The notes beneath the pieces are model-generated. The model saw nothing but the letters and a program-made list of their open reading frames with translations, was not told the DNA's origin and searched no databases. Positions 45,497 through 54,813 of a stretch of DNA of 64,000 nucleotides are shown here, in pieces. Source of the DNA: a virus; the IMG/VR virus record IMGVR_UViG_3300029813_000617, positions 27,231 through 91,230 of that record; one strand, 5' to 3'. How positions within the stretch are numbered: position 1 is the stretch's first letter; each line of letters starts with the position of its first letter. The position numbers and the translations under genes were made by a program.

Positions 45497-45871
45497 ATGG
45501 GTGGGCATGACACAGTAGTAGTAGCCAGTATCCCGAAGTGCAGTTTCTGCGATAAGCCTGGAGTCTATGATGCCAAAACTACCCTGGAACCCTGGGCCGA
45601 TCTCTGTGAGGCGCATTTCCAGCAACTGGGCTGCGGCCTAGGTCTCGGGCGAGGTCAGAAGCGCATCCTGAGTTCGGAGTTGTCCAAGAACCCCGAGATC
45701 AGCTTCGAGGATTGGATGCACCAGGTTGACGTTGCACTGGAGTCGGAGATTGGCATGGACTCCAGTATCTTGCCAGACCGAGACTACTACACCTATTATG
45801 AGTCAGGCATGAAGCCGAAGGAGGTGGCGCAGGAGGTTCTTGAAGAAGAGATGGGTGGCTTACTCGGATAG
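45497..45871 (+). CDS. Hypothetical protein
   Basis: CSFC...YDAKT...WA.LC..H...G.GLG.G.GQ. Confidence 0.65.
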   Translation: MGGHDTVVVASIPKCSFCDKPGVYDAKTTLEPWADLCEAHFQQLGCGLGLGRGQKRILSSELSKNPEISFEDWMHQVDVALESEIGMDSSILPDRDYYTYYESGMKPKEVAQEVLEEEMGGLLG

Positions 45872-45911
45872 GGGAGCCTAGCTCCCCACATTCTCCTAAG
45901 GAGAGAGAGAG

Positions 45912-46523
45912 ATGCCAGAGGAATTGTTCTACCAGATCACCAAGCCCAGGGACTACTGTTATATTGGAGTCTGGTTCGACTCACCAGAGAAGTCCTACTC
46001 GAACGAAGTCGGGGTGACCTTCAAGGCTGACCCTGATGCGGGGTCCCGTGCCTCATGGTCCATTCAGGCAAAGTCCTACCGCGAGATGGTCCGGCTACTG
46101 GCAGTGGCGCACAAGTTCGCTGTGGATTCGAATGTACCAGGGGAGCAAGACAGAGTTGATGTCGGTAAGCTTCTTGCATACCTTGAGGAGACAGGGTGCC
46201 AAGCCGTAAAGGATGACCGCCTCGACAAGTGGGTTCGGGTCAGCGAGCTTGAGCCAGGAGAGCTCTGGGAGATCGACAGAGAGACTATGAGACACGCATA
46301 TCCTGCTCAACGCTTCTACCAGTTCCAGGCCTTGGCCTTGGACGAGGGCGAGGCACAGAGGCGTATTGCAAGTGCCATTTGCGAGGCTGGCAGATGGGAC
46401 TTCCTGAGAGAGTGGCTAGACGAATGTCTGCCAGTTGTCAAGGATACCAGTAAGAAGGCTCCAGAAGTCATCACACTTGACATGGCGAGGCAGTTCCTGG
46501 AGACGAGGCCACAGGCGGAGTAG
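45912..46523 (+). CDS. Hypothetical protein
   Basis: 203-aa ORF with RBS. Confidence 0.6.
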   Translation: MPEELFYQITKPRDYCYIGVWFDSPEKSYSNEVGVTFKADPDAGSRASWSIQAKSYREMVRLLAVAHKFAVDSNVPGEQDRVDVGKLLAYLEETGCQAVKDDRLDKWVRVSELEPGELWEIDRETMRHAYPAQRFYQFQALALDEGEAQRRIASAICEAGRWDFLREWLDECLPVVKDTSKKAPEVITLDMARQFLETRPQAE

Positions 46524-46576
46524 CAACATAGCAACTTGGGGCTGCTTACTATTAGCAGCCCCGGAAAGGATAGGAG

Positions 46577-47233
46577 ATGAGCTGGGAGAATATCTTCCGA
46601 CTATACGAAAAGGTGATTGAGGAGGCATCTGAGAGGGACTTGGGGGAACCCCTAGCAGACTTTCTGTCACGCCATCATCCTAGGGAGATACCAGATGAGC
46701 TTGACGAGCTGACCGTGCAGGCCCTTCTAGCTATGGCCCAGTACGATGCGGGTGTTGTATTTGGTGGGGTCTCCGGTATGGGTATGCGCTTTGCAGCGAG
46801 AAGCACCATTTTGGTAACCTCCCTTCTGCACTCAGCCTACCTCGTTGGCAAGCAGGGCAAGTCCCAGGAATGCAGTGAGGAGCCTAGTGGCAGTAGCGAA
46901 GAGCCCAGCTGGGAACAGGCTTTCGAGGATCTCTCGCAACTACACAAGTTTCAGGCTGAGTTCAAGGAGGAGTTCCCAGACGTAGACCCCGAGATGGGCG
47001 AATCCATTTGCAGGTTGAGGCTCTTCCTGGAAAGCAACTACAACAAGCAGGTCTGTACGGAGCATCGCAGGACTGTCGCAAAGGCTTCCGATGCCATATT
47101 CGACTACCTGGTACAGGGGTTGTCACATTCAGATCCTTCAGACCTTGCCGAGGACACCTGGCTGCAAGTGACCTGGCATCTGGCTGGGGCTATCTTCAGC
47201 TCAGGCTATACGAAAGGGAGGGCAGAGAAGTGA
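46577..47233 (+). CDS. Hypothetical protein (two copies of a helical domain)
   Basis: AYLVGKQG and SGYTKGRAE domain ends. Confidence 0.6.
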   Translation: MSWENIFRLYEKVIEEASERDLGEPLADFLSRHHPREIPDELDELTVQALLAMAQYDAGVVFGGVSGMGMRFAARSTILVTSLLHSAYLVGKQGKSQECSEEPSGSSEEPSWEQAFEDLSQLHKFQAEFKEEFPDVDPEMGESICRLRLFLESNYNKQVCTEHRRTVAKASDAIFDYLVQGLSHSDPSDLAEDTWLQVTWHLAGAIFSSGYTKGRAEK

Positions 47234-47499
47234 CTAAGAAACTCTTCTGTGTGGAGACTCGCGAGGTGTGGATTCAGCCAGTCTACATACTGGCTGGGTC
47301 CCACGAGGATGCTAGGAAGCGAGTGCAGGATGGCGAGGGAGCGCAGCACGCAAATGGCTTTGAGTACTCTCACACAATGGGACCCGAGTACTCGGGCTGG
47401 CCTACCAATGAGGTCCAGGATGAGAAAGACATCAAGTTCTTCACGGAGCTTCTCCAGCGGGAGGAGGACGTGGACGCACTTGATGAACATGAGGCTTGA
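47230..47499 (+). CDS. Hypothetical protein
   Basis: GTGA overlap. Confidence 0.55.
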   Translation: MTKKLFCVETREVWIQPVYILAGSHEDARKRVQDGEGAQHANGFEYSHTMGPEYSGWPTNEVQDEKDIKFFTELLQREEDVDALDEHEA

Positions 47500-47969
47500 C
47501 AGGAGACAAAGCTATGAAGAAGAAGGTGTGGGTCACTCCCGACCGAATGTTGATGCAGACAGGGCATGCAACATTCGACAGACAGACTAACGTCATCAGC
47601 ACGGGCAACATTATAGCCAACACACAGAATGCCTTCTACGTGCGTGGCGAACTGTGTGTCAAGTGCTGGGGTCCAAAGGCCTATCAGCCAGGTGAGCTGC
47701 GTGACTTCGACCTGGGCAATTGGCCGAAGATGCCCCTTTCAGTGCGGAGAGCAATCGTCCGAATGACTACAGGACGACAGGATTCTATTTGGGCTTCAGA
47801 GTTTTTCCACTATAACAGCCACAGGTGCATCATACATGGCTATATTGTCACCACATCTGATCACCAGTTATTGGACACATTCGTGACTGGCCCAACTTAC
47901 AAGAGTGCGGCTGTTATCAAGGGAGTCCTCCCATATGTTGCAGAGCTGGTGGCCGAGGGAGAGAAGTGA
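47496..47969 (+). CDS. Hypothetical protein
   Basis: ORF in the array. Confidence 0.6.
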   Translation: MTGDKAMKKKVWVTPDRMLMQTGHATFDRQTNVISTGNIIANTQNAFYVRGELCVKCWGPKAYQPGELRDFDLGNWPKMPLSVRRAIVRMTTGRQDSIWASEFFHYNSHRCIIHGYIVTTSDHQLLDTFVTGPTYKSAAVIKGVLPYVAELVAEGEK

Positions 47970-47999
47970 GGTCTCGTGTTCAATTAGGAGGGCAGAACA

Positions 48000-48386
48000 A
48001 TGGCTAACACCTATACCCAGTTCAGTGAGATGATCCCCTGCGAGACAAAGGAGCAACAGGAATGGCTCATGCAGGAGATCGCAGTGGCAGTCTACGATGA
48101 TGATGGCGCGAGACACCCAGCATGTGATCTTAGGGCAGACAGAGAGAATGTCTGGGTCTATTCGGAGGACTCGGCTGACATCGGTGCATTAGCAGATATA
48201 GTCGCCGACTTCCAGTTACGGTTCGAGGTAGACGAGCCCTGGACCCTTACCTGGGCCGAGACTTGCTCTAAGCCTCGGGTAGGCCAGTTTGGTGGCGGAG
48301 GAGTGGTCGTCTACAGAGGTAAAGTCAGCTGGCTGAATACCTGGAGTTGGTGTGAAGCTGAGAAGGGAAGGATGGAAGTCTCATGA
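48000..48386 (+). CDS. Phage hypothetical protein
   Basis: MAN.YTQFS...WAETCSKPRVGQFGGG. Confidence 0.7.
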   Translation: MANTYTQFSEMIPCETKEQQEWLMQEIAVAVYDDDGARHPACDLRADRENVWVYSEDSADIGALADIVADFQLRFEVDEPWTLTWAETCSKPRVGQFGGGGVVVYRGKVSWLNTWSWCEAEKGRMEVS

Positions 48387-48640
48387 GTCTCTACCCACAG
48401 CAGACAACGAATCCCAATGTTCCCGAGGACGTCTTCCTGGTAGCTGAGGTTGAGACCTATGAGAGGGTCACCTACTTCATCGACCTCGAAGGCAATTGCT
48501 GGCGGGTCAGTGGCTGGGCATCAAGCGGGACCCGGCCTGTTTACCCATTCCAGCTCTGTAGACTCACAGGCGACACCTGGAAGACGATTGAGGCACGCTA
48601 CGATTCGTGGAAGCGTCAGCGGGAAGAGGAGGGAATATAG
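48383..48640 (+). CDS. Hypothetical protein
   Basis: ATGA overlap. Confidence 0.55.
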   Translation: MSLYPQQTTNPNVPEDVFLVAEVETYERVTYFIDLEGNCWRVSGWASSGTRPVYPFQLCRLTGDTWKTIEARYDSWKRQREEEGI

Positions 48641-48973
48641 ATGGCAGAGGATCCAAAAGCCACAGCTCAGAAGATCGTGGGCCTGGCGAAAGGGCCTGTT
48701 GTGAGATTTGTCAAAAAGTATCAGCCAGCTGAGGCAGCAGCAGCAGTCGAGGCGGTAGCCAAGCATTCAGCTACCATCGTAGAGATATCTGAGGCTCTTC
48801 ACGGGTATGCTGCTATGATCCATCTATCAGTAACCTATCTTGCAGAAGGCCCTGAGCCTCCTGAGCCATTCCAGAAGGCTTCGGTCGCCTTTGTACTCTC
48901 CCTCTTCATGGCAGGGTACAACGCGGGGGTAGCAGACACACAAAAGGAGGAGCACGATGCTCAAGTTCCCTGA
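48641..48973 (+). CDS. Hypothetical protein (helical paralog family)
   Basis: FVKKYQP...AGYNAG. Confidence 0.6.
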   Translation: MAEDPKATAQKIVGLAKGPVVRFVKKYQPAEAAAAVEAVAKHSATIVEISEALHGYAAMIHLSVTYLAEGPEPPEPFQKASVAFVLSLFMAGYNAGVADTQKEEHDAQVP

Positions 48974-49337
48974 GAAGATGACGATGGGGGAGTGCTATAA
49001 GCCAGCGATGGAGATCACCGACCAAGAGCAGGCTGACGAGTACTTCGAGGCACTGGTAACTCGCTCTATGACGTTCTTCGGGCAGTCAAGAGAGGAAGCG
49101 GAGAGCATCCAGCGACAGAACCTGGGCTACTGGGCAGGATACTATGACCGCGAGACCAGGGTCAGGGTTGAGCGGCTCTTCCGCTGTGCTCATCCCATCT
49201 TTGGCAAGGCAGAGGTAAGCGTACCCACTGCCGAGGAGGCATACCAGGCAGGTGTAGACCTTGCAAGTGGTACTTGCCCCAAATGTGGACAGTGGTTCGC
49301 TACTCACAACGATGATGGCTCCTGTGTAGGGGACTAG
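48957..49337 (+). CDS. Hypothetical protein
   Basis: NLGYWAGYYD...HPIFG. Confidence 0.65.
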   Translation: MLKFPEKMTMGECYKPAMEITDQEQADEYFEALVTRSMTFFGQSREEAESIQRQNLGYWAGYYDRETRVRVERLFRCAHPIFGKAEVSVPTAEEAYQAGVDLASGTCPKCGQWFATHNDDGSCVGD

Positions 49338-49352
49338 CAGAGGAGGAAGCCA

Positions 49353-49913
49353 GTGAAACCGAGACTAAGGAAACGGCGAACAAGGAAGCAGAAGACAGCC
49401 GTTTGTGATACTTGCGGAGAGAACTTCCACCCTTTCAAGGTGGCGGGTGAGGAGGAGGATACAACCTGCGTTCGCTGCCGGCACCTGAAATTGGAGCTAC
49501 CTGACGATCGCTTTGTCGAGTTCCTCAAGCGAGCGGTGGTTCGACTACGCGAGGGCTTGGAGCTTCAGTACTTCGACTGTACAGAGATCGGAGCCAAGGA
49601 GACTCATTGTTCATGGGGCACATGCAGCCATGATGTAGAGGCGTGGCCTGATGCAGAGGATCACTTGTGGCCTGATCAATTCGTTGGACCTGGTTACCAG
49701 CGAGTAGCTCCGAAATATCACAAGTTGAGGCACTTCTGTCCGTTTGACAGGCGAGTCGGCAGTCGCTTCAGTGGTAAACCTAAAATTGCCAGCTTCCCAG
49801 ATGGATGCTTCTATCGCTGTATGATCTTCAACCCAAAGGGCTCTCGACCAACTCGGGAAGAGGCTATCCTACTGTACGAAGCACAGATTGTGAGAGCTTG
49901 CAAGGGGGGTTAA
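49353..49913 (+). CDS. Cys-rich hypothetical protein
   Basis: GGAGG RBS. Confidence 0.55.
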   Translation: MKPRLRKRRTRKQKTAVCDTCGENFHPFKVAGEEEDTTCVRCRHLKLELPDDRFVEFLKRAVVRLREGLELQYFDCTEIGAKETHCSWGTCSHDVEAWPDAEDHLWPDQFVGPGYQRVAPKYHKLRHFCPFDRRVGSRFSGKPKIASFPDGCFYRCMIFNPKGSRPTREEAILLYEAQIVRACKGG

Positions 49914-49959
49914 GGATAACTCTGTCTCGCGTAGTGGATTGACAGAAGAGGAGGGAGTA

Positions 49960-50232
49960 ATGTCAACGTCGGTGGACGAGCTTCAGGTATTCATGGAGAA
50001 GCATCAGGCGAAAGACATCGAGGAGGCGACGCGGCTTTACAACACTATCCCTGTACTTAGAGAGGTGGCCCTGGCGATCGGCAACCTGACGCAAGTGATA
50101 ATGGTCCTAGCGTTGCCCCCCCAGTCAGAGCAGGACGCGAAGGAAGTTGCGAACCTGGTAAGGATCTTCGCAGTGACTCTGTACCTGGTAGGATACAGGG
50201 CAGGGAAGGCGGAGGGCAATGGCTCGGTGTGA
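49960..50232 (+). CDS. Hypothetical protein (helical paralog family)
   Basis: FMEKHQ...LVGYRAG. Confidence 0.6.
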   Translation: MSTSVDELQVFMEKHQAKDIEEATRLYNTIPVLREVALAIGNLTQVIMVLALPPQSEQDAKEVANLVRIFAVTLYLVGYRAGKAEGNGSV

Positions 50233-50695
50233 CAATTGGAGAAAAGCCTACAGCGAAGGTCAGCCGATAGTGGTGCCAGCCTGTGACCGAGGTTTTGCCA
50301 TACTAGAGCTGACCATCACCTACAGAGAGGGAGATAATGATACCCTGCTACTCTGTAGGGTAGGGCCTGCGCAAACAGGATTGCCAGAGATGCTAGGAAG
50401 CATGGGTACACAGTGCGAAGGAGAAAGCTGTAGGGGGCTATTGATGCAAGTTAACTGGATTCCCTGCGAGGAACGGCTGCCAGCAGAAATGGACTTCTAC
50501 TGGGTAGGCTGGTATGGCTCTCTACGGAAGAGGAAGCCGATAATCGGCGAGTGGCTTCCCAGAGTAAGGGCTTGGTATCTGGAAGGCCACCATTATCGGC
50601 CAGGAGAGGTGCTGGCTCCCACGCACTGGGCTGAGGTAGATTGGCCTGAGCCGCCACAAATAGGAGAGGGGAGAGAGACAGTATGCAAACTCTAG
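50219..50695 (+). CDS. Hypothetical protein; C-half DUF551-like
   Basis: WIPCEERLP...THW...PEPP. Confidence 0.55.
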   Translation: MARCDNWRKAYSEGQPIVVPACDRGFAILELTITYREGDNDTLLLCRVGPAQTGLPEMLGSMGTQCEGESCRGLLMQVNWIPCEERLPAEMDFYWVGWYGSLRKRKPIIGEWLPRVRAWYLEGHHYRPGEVLAPTHWAEVDWPEPPQIGEGRETVCKL

Positions 50696-51348
50696 ACTTT
50701 GGCGAGGTCATGGAGAGGGACGACTGCTGGTTTGACCACTATGATCTGGCTTGTCCCTACTGTAGCGGAGAAGGTGAGCACAAGTGTCAGACCTGCGGTG
50801 GTGAGGGATTTGTGGAGTGTCTGGCATGTGAGTCCTCTGGTCGGGTGGATGACAAAGACTGCCCAAAGTGCGATGGCGTAGGTTGGTGGACCTGCGAAGA
50901 TTGTGGTGGCTCTGAGACGATTTCCTGTGAGCACTGCGACAATGGCCACTTCGAGGTCTTGTGGAACACTGCCTTTGAGGTCAAGGTCTGGGATGACTGG
51001 CTAGACGTTGATCGCAACAGTGACAAGTGGAAGGAAGCCCATAAGCTGGCCTGGGACATGGGCTTCTGCCTAATTGAGCATGGGCAGAAGCGGTACCTCC
51101 TCATGGGTATGTGCGGGCAGGACTGCACCTGGTTGATTCACTACACCAGGTGGAAGCTACAGAACTTCCTGGACATCGAGGACTGCTACCAGTGTCTTGG
51201 GTCTGGTGGCTATGTCTTCCTGCTTGAACCAAAGCGTCAGGAGTTATGCCGATATATCAAAGGTCACCTTACTACGCCTGAGAACTATGCCAGGAGCTAT
51301 GCATGTGACATCGTCAGGCTTGATACTATCATGGGAGGGCAGCTATGA
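50683..51348 (+). CDS. Protein with DnaJ-type cysteine-rich repeats
   Basis: Multiple CxxCxGxG repeats; no J domain seen. Confidence 0.7.
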   Translation: MQTLDFGEVMERDDCWFDHYDLACPYCSGEGEHKCQTCGGEGFVECLACESSGRVDDKDCPKCDGVGWWTCEDCGGSETISCEHCDNGHFEVLWNTAFEVKVWDDWLDVDRNSDKWKEAHKLAWDMGFCLIEHGQKRYLLMGMCGQDCTWLIHYTRWKLQNFLDIEDCYQCLGSGGYVFLLEPKRQELCRYIKGHLTTPENYARSYACDIVRLDTIMGGQL

Positions 51349-51560
51349 TTCTCTATTCGACCACTTTCAATTTCGGCGAGGTGCTCCAGATGCAACCTGG
51401 AGGAGACAACATGGTGCGCCACGAACTGGTAGACCAAGCCTGGCTCCGTTGGGCATACGAAGATCCAGCAGGCCATGCGAAGTATGACGAGGTCGCACAG
51501 GGTACAATCGAGATAGGCGCCACGGGGTACACCGTTGCGATTGAGATGGAGAAAACATGA
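51345..51560 (+). CDS. Hypothetical protein
   Basis: ATGA overlap. Confidence 0.55.
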   Translation: MILYSTTFNFGEVLQMQPGGDNMVRHELVDQAWLRWAYEDPAGHAKYDEVAQGTIEIGATGYTVAIEMEKT

Positions 51561-51784
51561 GACTCAAGGTAGAGATGCCTGCGAAGATCATGAGGAAGAG
51601 TAATGAGCCTCGATCAAAATGGGATGTATCAGATGGGCTTTGGGAAGACACAATCACCGTAGCCTTAGAGTGTGTAGGAGAGAATGAGGTGTCTGTATCT
51701 CTACGACATCCCGACATAGGCTATATCACCTTCGCTTGCCAGGCTGCGGAACTTCTGCGGGCGGTGAGGATGCTAGTAGAGTAA
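51557..51784 (+). CDS. Hypothetical protein
   Basis: ATGA overlap. Confidence 0.55.
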   Translation: MRLKVEMPAKIMRKSNEPRSKWDVSDGLWEDTITVALECVGENEVSVSLRHPDIGYITFACQAAELLRAVRMLVE

Positions 51785-51798
51785 AAAGGAAGGAGGGG

Positions 51799-51996
51799 AT
51801 GGAAAAGGTGTCTGAAAAAGCCTGGAGACTTGATGCCCAGCATGACACTTGGCCTGACCGCTATAGCTTTGGTGCTGCACTCACCCTCGATCGGAGGCTG
51901 GCTCCACCCATCAAGCTACGGCTCCATATTCACTTCGGCATTCACACCTGGTACATTGAGCTGTACCGACAAAGGCCAATGATTCGAAAGGAGTAA
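51799..51996 (+). CDS. Hypothetical protein
   Basis: AGGAGG RBS. Confidence 0.55.
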   Translation: MEKVSEKAWRLDAQHDTWPDRYSFGAALTLDRRLAPPIKLRLHIHFGIHTWYIELYRQRPMIRKE

Positions 51997-52001
51997 ACAC
52001 T

Positions 52002-52241
52002 GTGACCCTAACCTCACGTCAATACGTTGCTGGGTCGGGCCACTTATGCCCTGTCTGTCGGTCACTTGATATCGGAGGTGGGCCTGCTGTCACTCAGTCT
52101 GCCATAGTCTTCCATCGTTCCATGCACTGTAACTGCTGTGGCTCCACTTGGCTCGACATACACCAGCGCGTCTATCGACTTGTGGGCTATGAGCAACTGA
52201 AAATAAGGAGAGAACACTATGCCAATGACCGCCAGGGCTAG
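52002..52241 (+). CDS. Zinc-ribbon protein (paralog of 54586-54813)
   Basis: Y....G..CP.C...C..C...W.D...Y.L.GY. Confidence 0.6.
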   Translation: MTLTSRQYVAGSGHLCPVCRSLDIGGGPAVTQSAIVFHRSMHCNCCGSTWLDIHQRVYRLVGYEQLKIRREHYANDRQG

Positions 52242-52665
52242 AACACTGCTCTTGAATCAGTGGAAGGCCTTCTTGAAGTCGGGGCTGGCCAGGGAGAAGT
52301 TTGGTAAGCGGCTCTATCGCTGTCTCACATTGTACTGCTCTTTCATCGCACACTATGACCTGGATGGGTTCTATACCTATTACTTCTGCTCAGGTGGAAG
52401 GAAGATATGCGAGTTCCTCTCTCAGTTCGATGCGAGGGGAGACTGTGCATCTGCTGAGCTAGGTATGTCCTACTGGTTGGACAACGAAGAAGGAATCGGC
52501 CACGCAATGGTTGAGATAGCAGAACCCTACGTAGCAGCATTGATGGAGCAGGCGATGAAGGACCAGGAGCTAGTTGACATGAAGGAGGCTCGGGCTCTCA
52601 TGCAGAGAGCTAATCCTACACTACTCCGCGAAATCGAGGAGATGTTTGGACCTCTCGCCTACTGA
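52219..52665 (+). CDS. Hypothetical protein
   Basis: W..F...F.K.LY..L...FIAHYD..GFY..YF. Confidence 0.65.
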   Translation: MPMTARARTLLLNQWKAFLKSGLAREKFGKRLYRCLTLYCSFIAHYDLDGFYTYYFCSGGRKICEFLSQFDARGDCASAELGMSYWLDNEEGIGHAMVEIAEPYVAALMEQAMKDQELVDMKEARALMQRANPTLLREIEEMFGPLAY

Positions 52666-52810
52666 GTTAAGTAGAAAGGAGGAGGAAGATGACTGACTGG
52701 CAGGTTTTCCTTGCTACCCTTAGGGTTGGCCTGAGGTTCGCTGTAGGATTTGCTGCACTAGCGCTAGTTGTGGCATTAGCCAACTGGGTGCGACAGAGGA
52801 AGGGACACTA

Positions 52811-53011
52811 ATGGAGTACCTAGGCGAGGTTCCAGACCGAGAGAGGCATACAGTCGTCAGGATGACTGGACGTGAGTACCAGGCACTATGTGCACTGGTA
52901 GATTGCATATGGCGTCGTCAAGGAGTCGGGGGACTTCCAGCGAGCCGACAGGATATGACTGAATTCCTAGAGTTTGCGCGTAGGATAATTGAGGAAAGGG
53001 GAGAGACATGA
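52811..53011 (+). CDS. Hypothetical protein
   Basis: RBS plus ORF. Confidence 0.5.
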   Translation: MEYLGEVPDRERHTVVRMTGREYQALCALVDCIWRRQGVGGLPASRQDMTEFLEFARRIIEERGET

Positions 53012-53259
53012 GAGCTCCAGTACTACACACTCACATCGAGGACGTCCTGCCTGATGACCACCCACTTGCTTTCGACACGGTCTACTGCGAGGGACCCGAG
53101 TGCAATCGTATGTTGCATGCCTTCAATAACGAGTGCATGCAAACCTGGGTGGAGACAGGAAAGGGCAACTACTGTATCTGGTGCTTCATGAGAGTGACAA
53201 AAGGCCCAGAGGTACTAGAGGAAGAGTGGGGATTGCCCGATGGCAAAGCACCACGGTGA
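53008..53259 (+). CDS. Hypothetical protein
   Basis: ATGA overlap. Confidence 0.55.
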   Translation: MRAPVLHTHIEDVLPDDHPLAFDTVYCEGPECNRMLHAFNNECMQTWVETGKGNYCIWCFMRVTKGPEVLEEEWGLPDGKAPR

Positions 53260-53273
53260 CAGGAGGAGAGAGC

Positions 53274-53603
53274 ATGAGCGAACCAGAACCTCTTACAGGT
53301 TCAGCAGCCAACCTACGAGCATTTGTTCAGAAGTACTGGCCAGAACAGGAAGGTGAGGGGAGTCGCCTCTACGCATCCCAGCTAGTTATCCGAGAGATAG
53401 GACTCGTGCTCTGCGACTATGCGATCATAGCAAGTCGAGCAGATAAAGCAAGCCGAGCAGATGAGATAGATGCTGCGGATACCGTAGAGCGGCTAGAGAA
53501 GCTATTCAAGATCCTCTCAGTGAGCATATTTGCAGCAGTGCGGAAGTCACTAGCTGACTCAGGAGTGATTTTTCCAGTCATCAAAGAAGAGGGAGGAGAG
53601 TAA
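53274..53603 (+). CDS. Hypothetical protein (helical paralog family)
   Basis: FVQKYWP...RLY....VIREI. Confidence 0.6.
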   Translation: MSEPEPLTGSAANLRAFVQKYWPEQEGEGSRLYASQLVIREIGLVLCDYAIIASRADKASRADEIDAADTVERLEKLFKILSVSIFAAVRKSLADSGVIFPVIKEEGGE

Positions 53604-53604
53604 G

Positions 53605-54141
53605 ATGGGACAATACTTCGTCGCGGTATCGCTGGATTCTCGGGAATGGGTCAATGCTCACAGCTTTGGCAACCCAGTCAAGCTGAGGGAGATGGCCAAC
53701 AACCCAGCAGGCGTAGGGGTAGCCCTGATGATCCTACTCGCCTGTTCTAGTGGGCGGGGAGGGGGGGACTTCCCTGACAACCCAGTGGTGGGCAGGTGGG
53801 CAGGCGACAGAATTGCCCTCATAGGTGACTATGCGGAGGATGATGATCTGCCGGCAGACTACCTGGGTTACGGGGCCTCGAAGATCTATGGTCTCTGTAC
53901 CCGTAAAGGGGATCCACTTGAGGACCTGGAGGGTGAACCCTACACAGACATCTCCGACTTGGTGAAGCCAGTGATCGAAGCTGTCTGTAGAATAAGGTTC
54001 GAGCAGGATGAGAGTGGCCTCCTCTTCAAGCGGGACCTCGCCACAGGCAAGCGTATCAGGCCAACGATATGCCCTGACTTCGTTGTTGGGAGTGGAGGGA
54101 TTCGCCGAGAGCCGCTCCTCAAAGGAGGCCTTGAGGAATGA
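53605..54141 (+). CDS. Phage hypothetical protein
   Basis: MGQYF...KL.E...GRWAGDRI..IGDY. Confidence 0.7.
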   Translation: MGQYFVAVSLDSREWVNAHSFGNPVKLREMANNPAGVGVALMILLACSSGRGGGDFPDNPVVGRWAGDRIALIGDYAEDDDLPADYLGYGASKIYGLCTRKGDPLEDLEGEPYTDISDLVKPVIEAVCRIRFEQDESGLLFKRDLATGKRIRPTICPDFVVGSGGIRREPLLKGGLEE

Positions 54142-54344
54142 AAGCAAGAATTCAGGTAGAGGCAGTTCTAGGAAAGGACTTACTGCCTGGAGATCTCTTT
54201 TCCTCAGGAGGCCCTGGGTATTGGGACACTGCTATGGACAAGGGCAGTGTCGGTGAGAAGGTCTACATCAGAACAAATGCTCCTTGCCCAGAAAGCCAGG
54301 AGAATGAGCCTATCTTCAGGATCACCATTGAGTTGAGTGACTGA
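54138..54344 (+). CDS. Hypothetical protein
   Basis: ATGA overlap. Confidence 0.55.
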   Translation: MKARIQVEAVLGKDLLPGDLFSSGGPGYWDTAMDKGSVGEKVYIRTNAPCPESQENEPIFRITIELSD

Positions 54345-54355
54345 GGAGAAAAGGG

Positions 54356-54571
54356 ATGAGTGCACAAAGTGGGGACGAGTGGGTCTCTGTCGAGGGATTC
54401 TCTATGCTCTGGAGGCTTACATGTGCTCTGGCTATGGAGCTTGATATAGACCCCGAGAGGCTGGTTGAAGCGTTCACCAGCGAGGCGGCTATGGACTATT
54501 GCCGACAATTAAAGGATATAGTCGCAGCTTGGCCCAAAATTCGTCCGAATGGGGAGAGCGGAGAAGACTAA
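54356..54571 (+). CDS. Hypothetical protein
   Basis: GAGGAG RBS. Confidence 0.55.
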   Translation: MSAQSGDEWVSVEGFSMLWRLTCALAMELDIDPERLVEAFTSEAAMDYCRQLKDIVAAWPKIRPNGESGED

Positions 54572-54585
54572 GGAGGAATGAGACT

Positions 54586-54813
54586 ATGGTTATGTCACCA
54601 GAGGAGTACGCAGAGAAGGGAGGTGTCCTCTGTCCAGCCTGCGGGCCAGAGACAGGGGAATACACAGTTGAAGGGAGACAGGTGCACATCAGTTTTGGCC
54701 GTGCTACCCAGCAGTGTACGTGTCTCGCTTGCCATGCTGAGTGGACTGACGAGTACGAACTGACTGGTTACAGCAACCTGGAGCAGAACCTAGAACAGGA
54801 GGAAACCCAATGA
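54586..54813 (+). CDS. Zinc-ribbon protein
   Basis: CPAC...CLAC..W.D.Y.L.GY. Confidence 0.6.
   Translation: MVMSPEEYAEKGGVLCPACGPETGEYTVEGRQVHISFGRATQQCTCLACHAEWTDEYELTGYSNLEQNLEQEETQ

Noticed and set aside
50683-51348. dnaJ chaperone
   Set aside because: Only CxxCxGxG repeats; no HPD-containing J domain.
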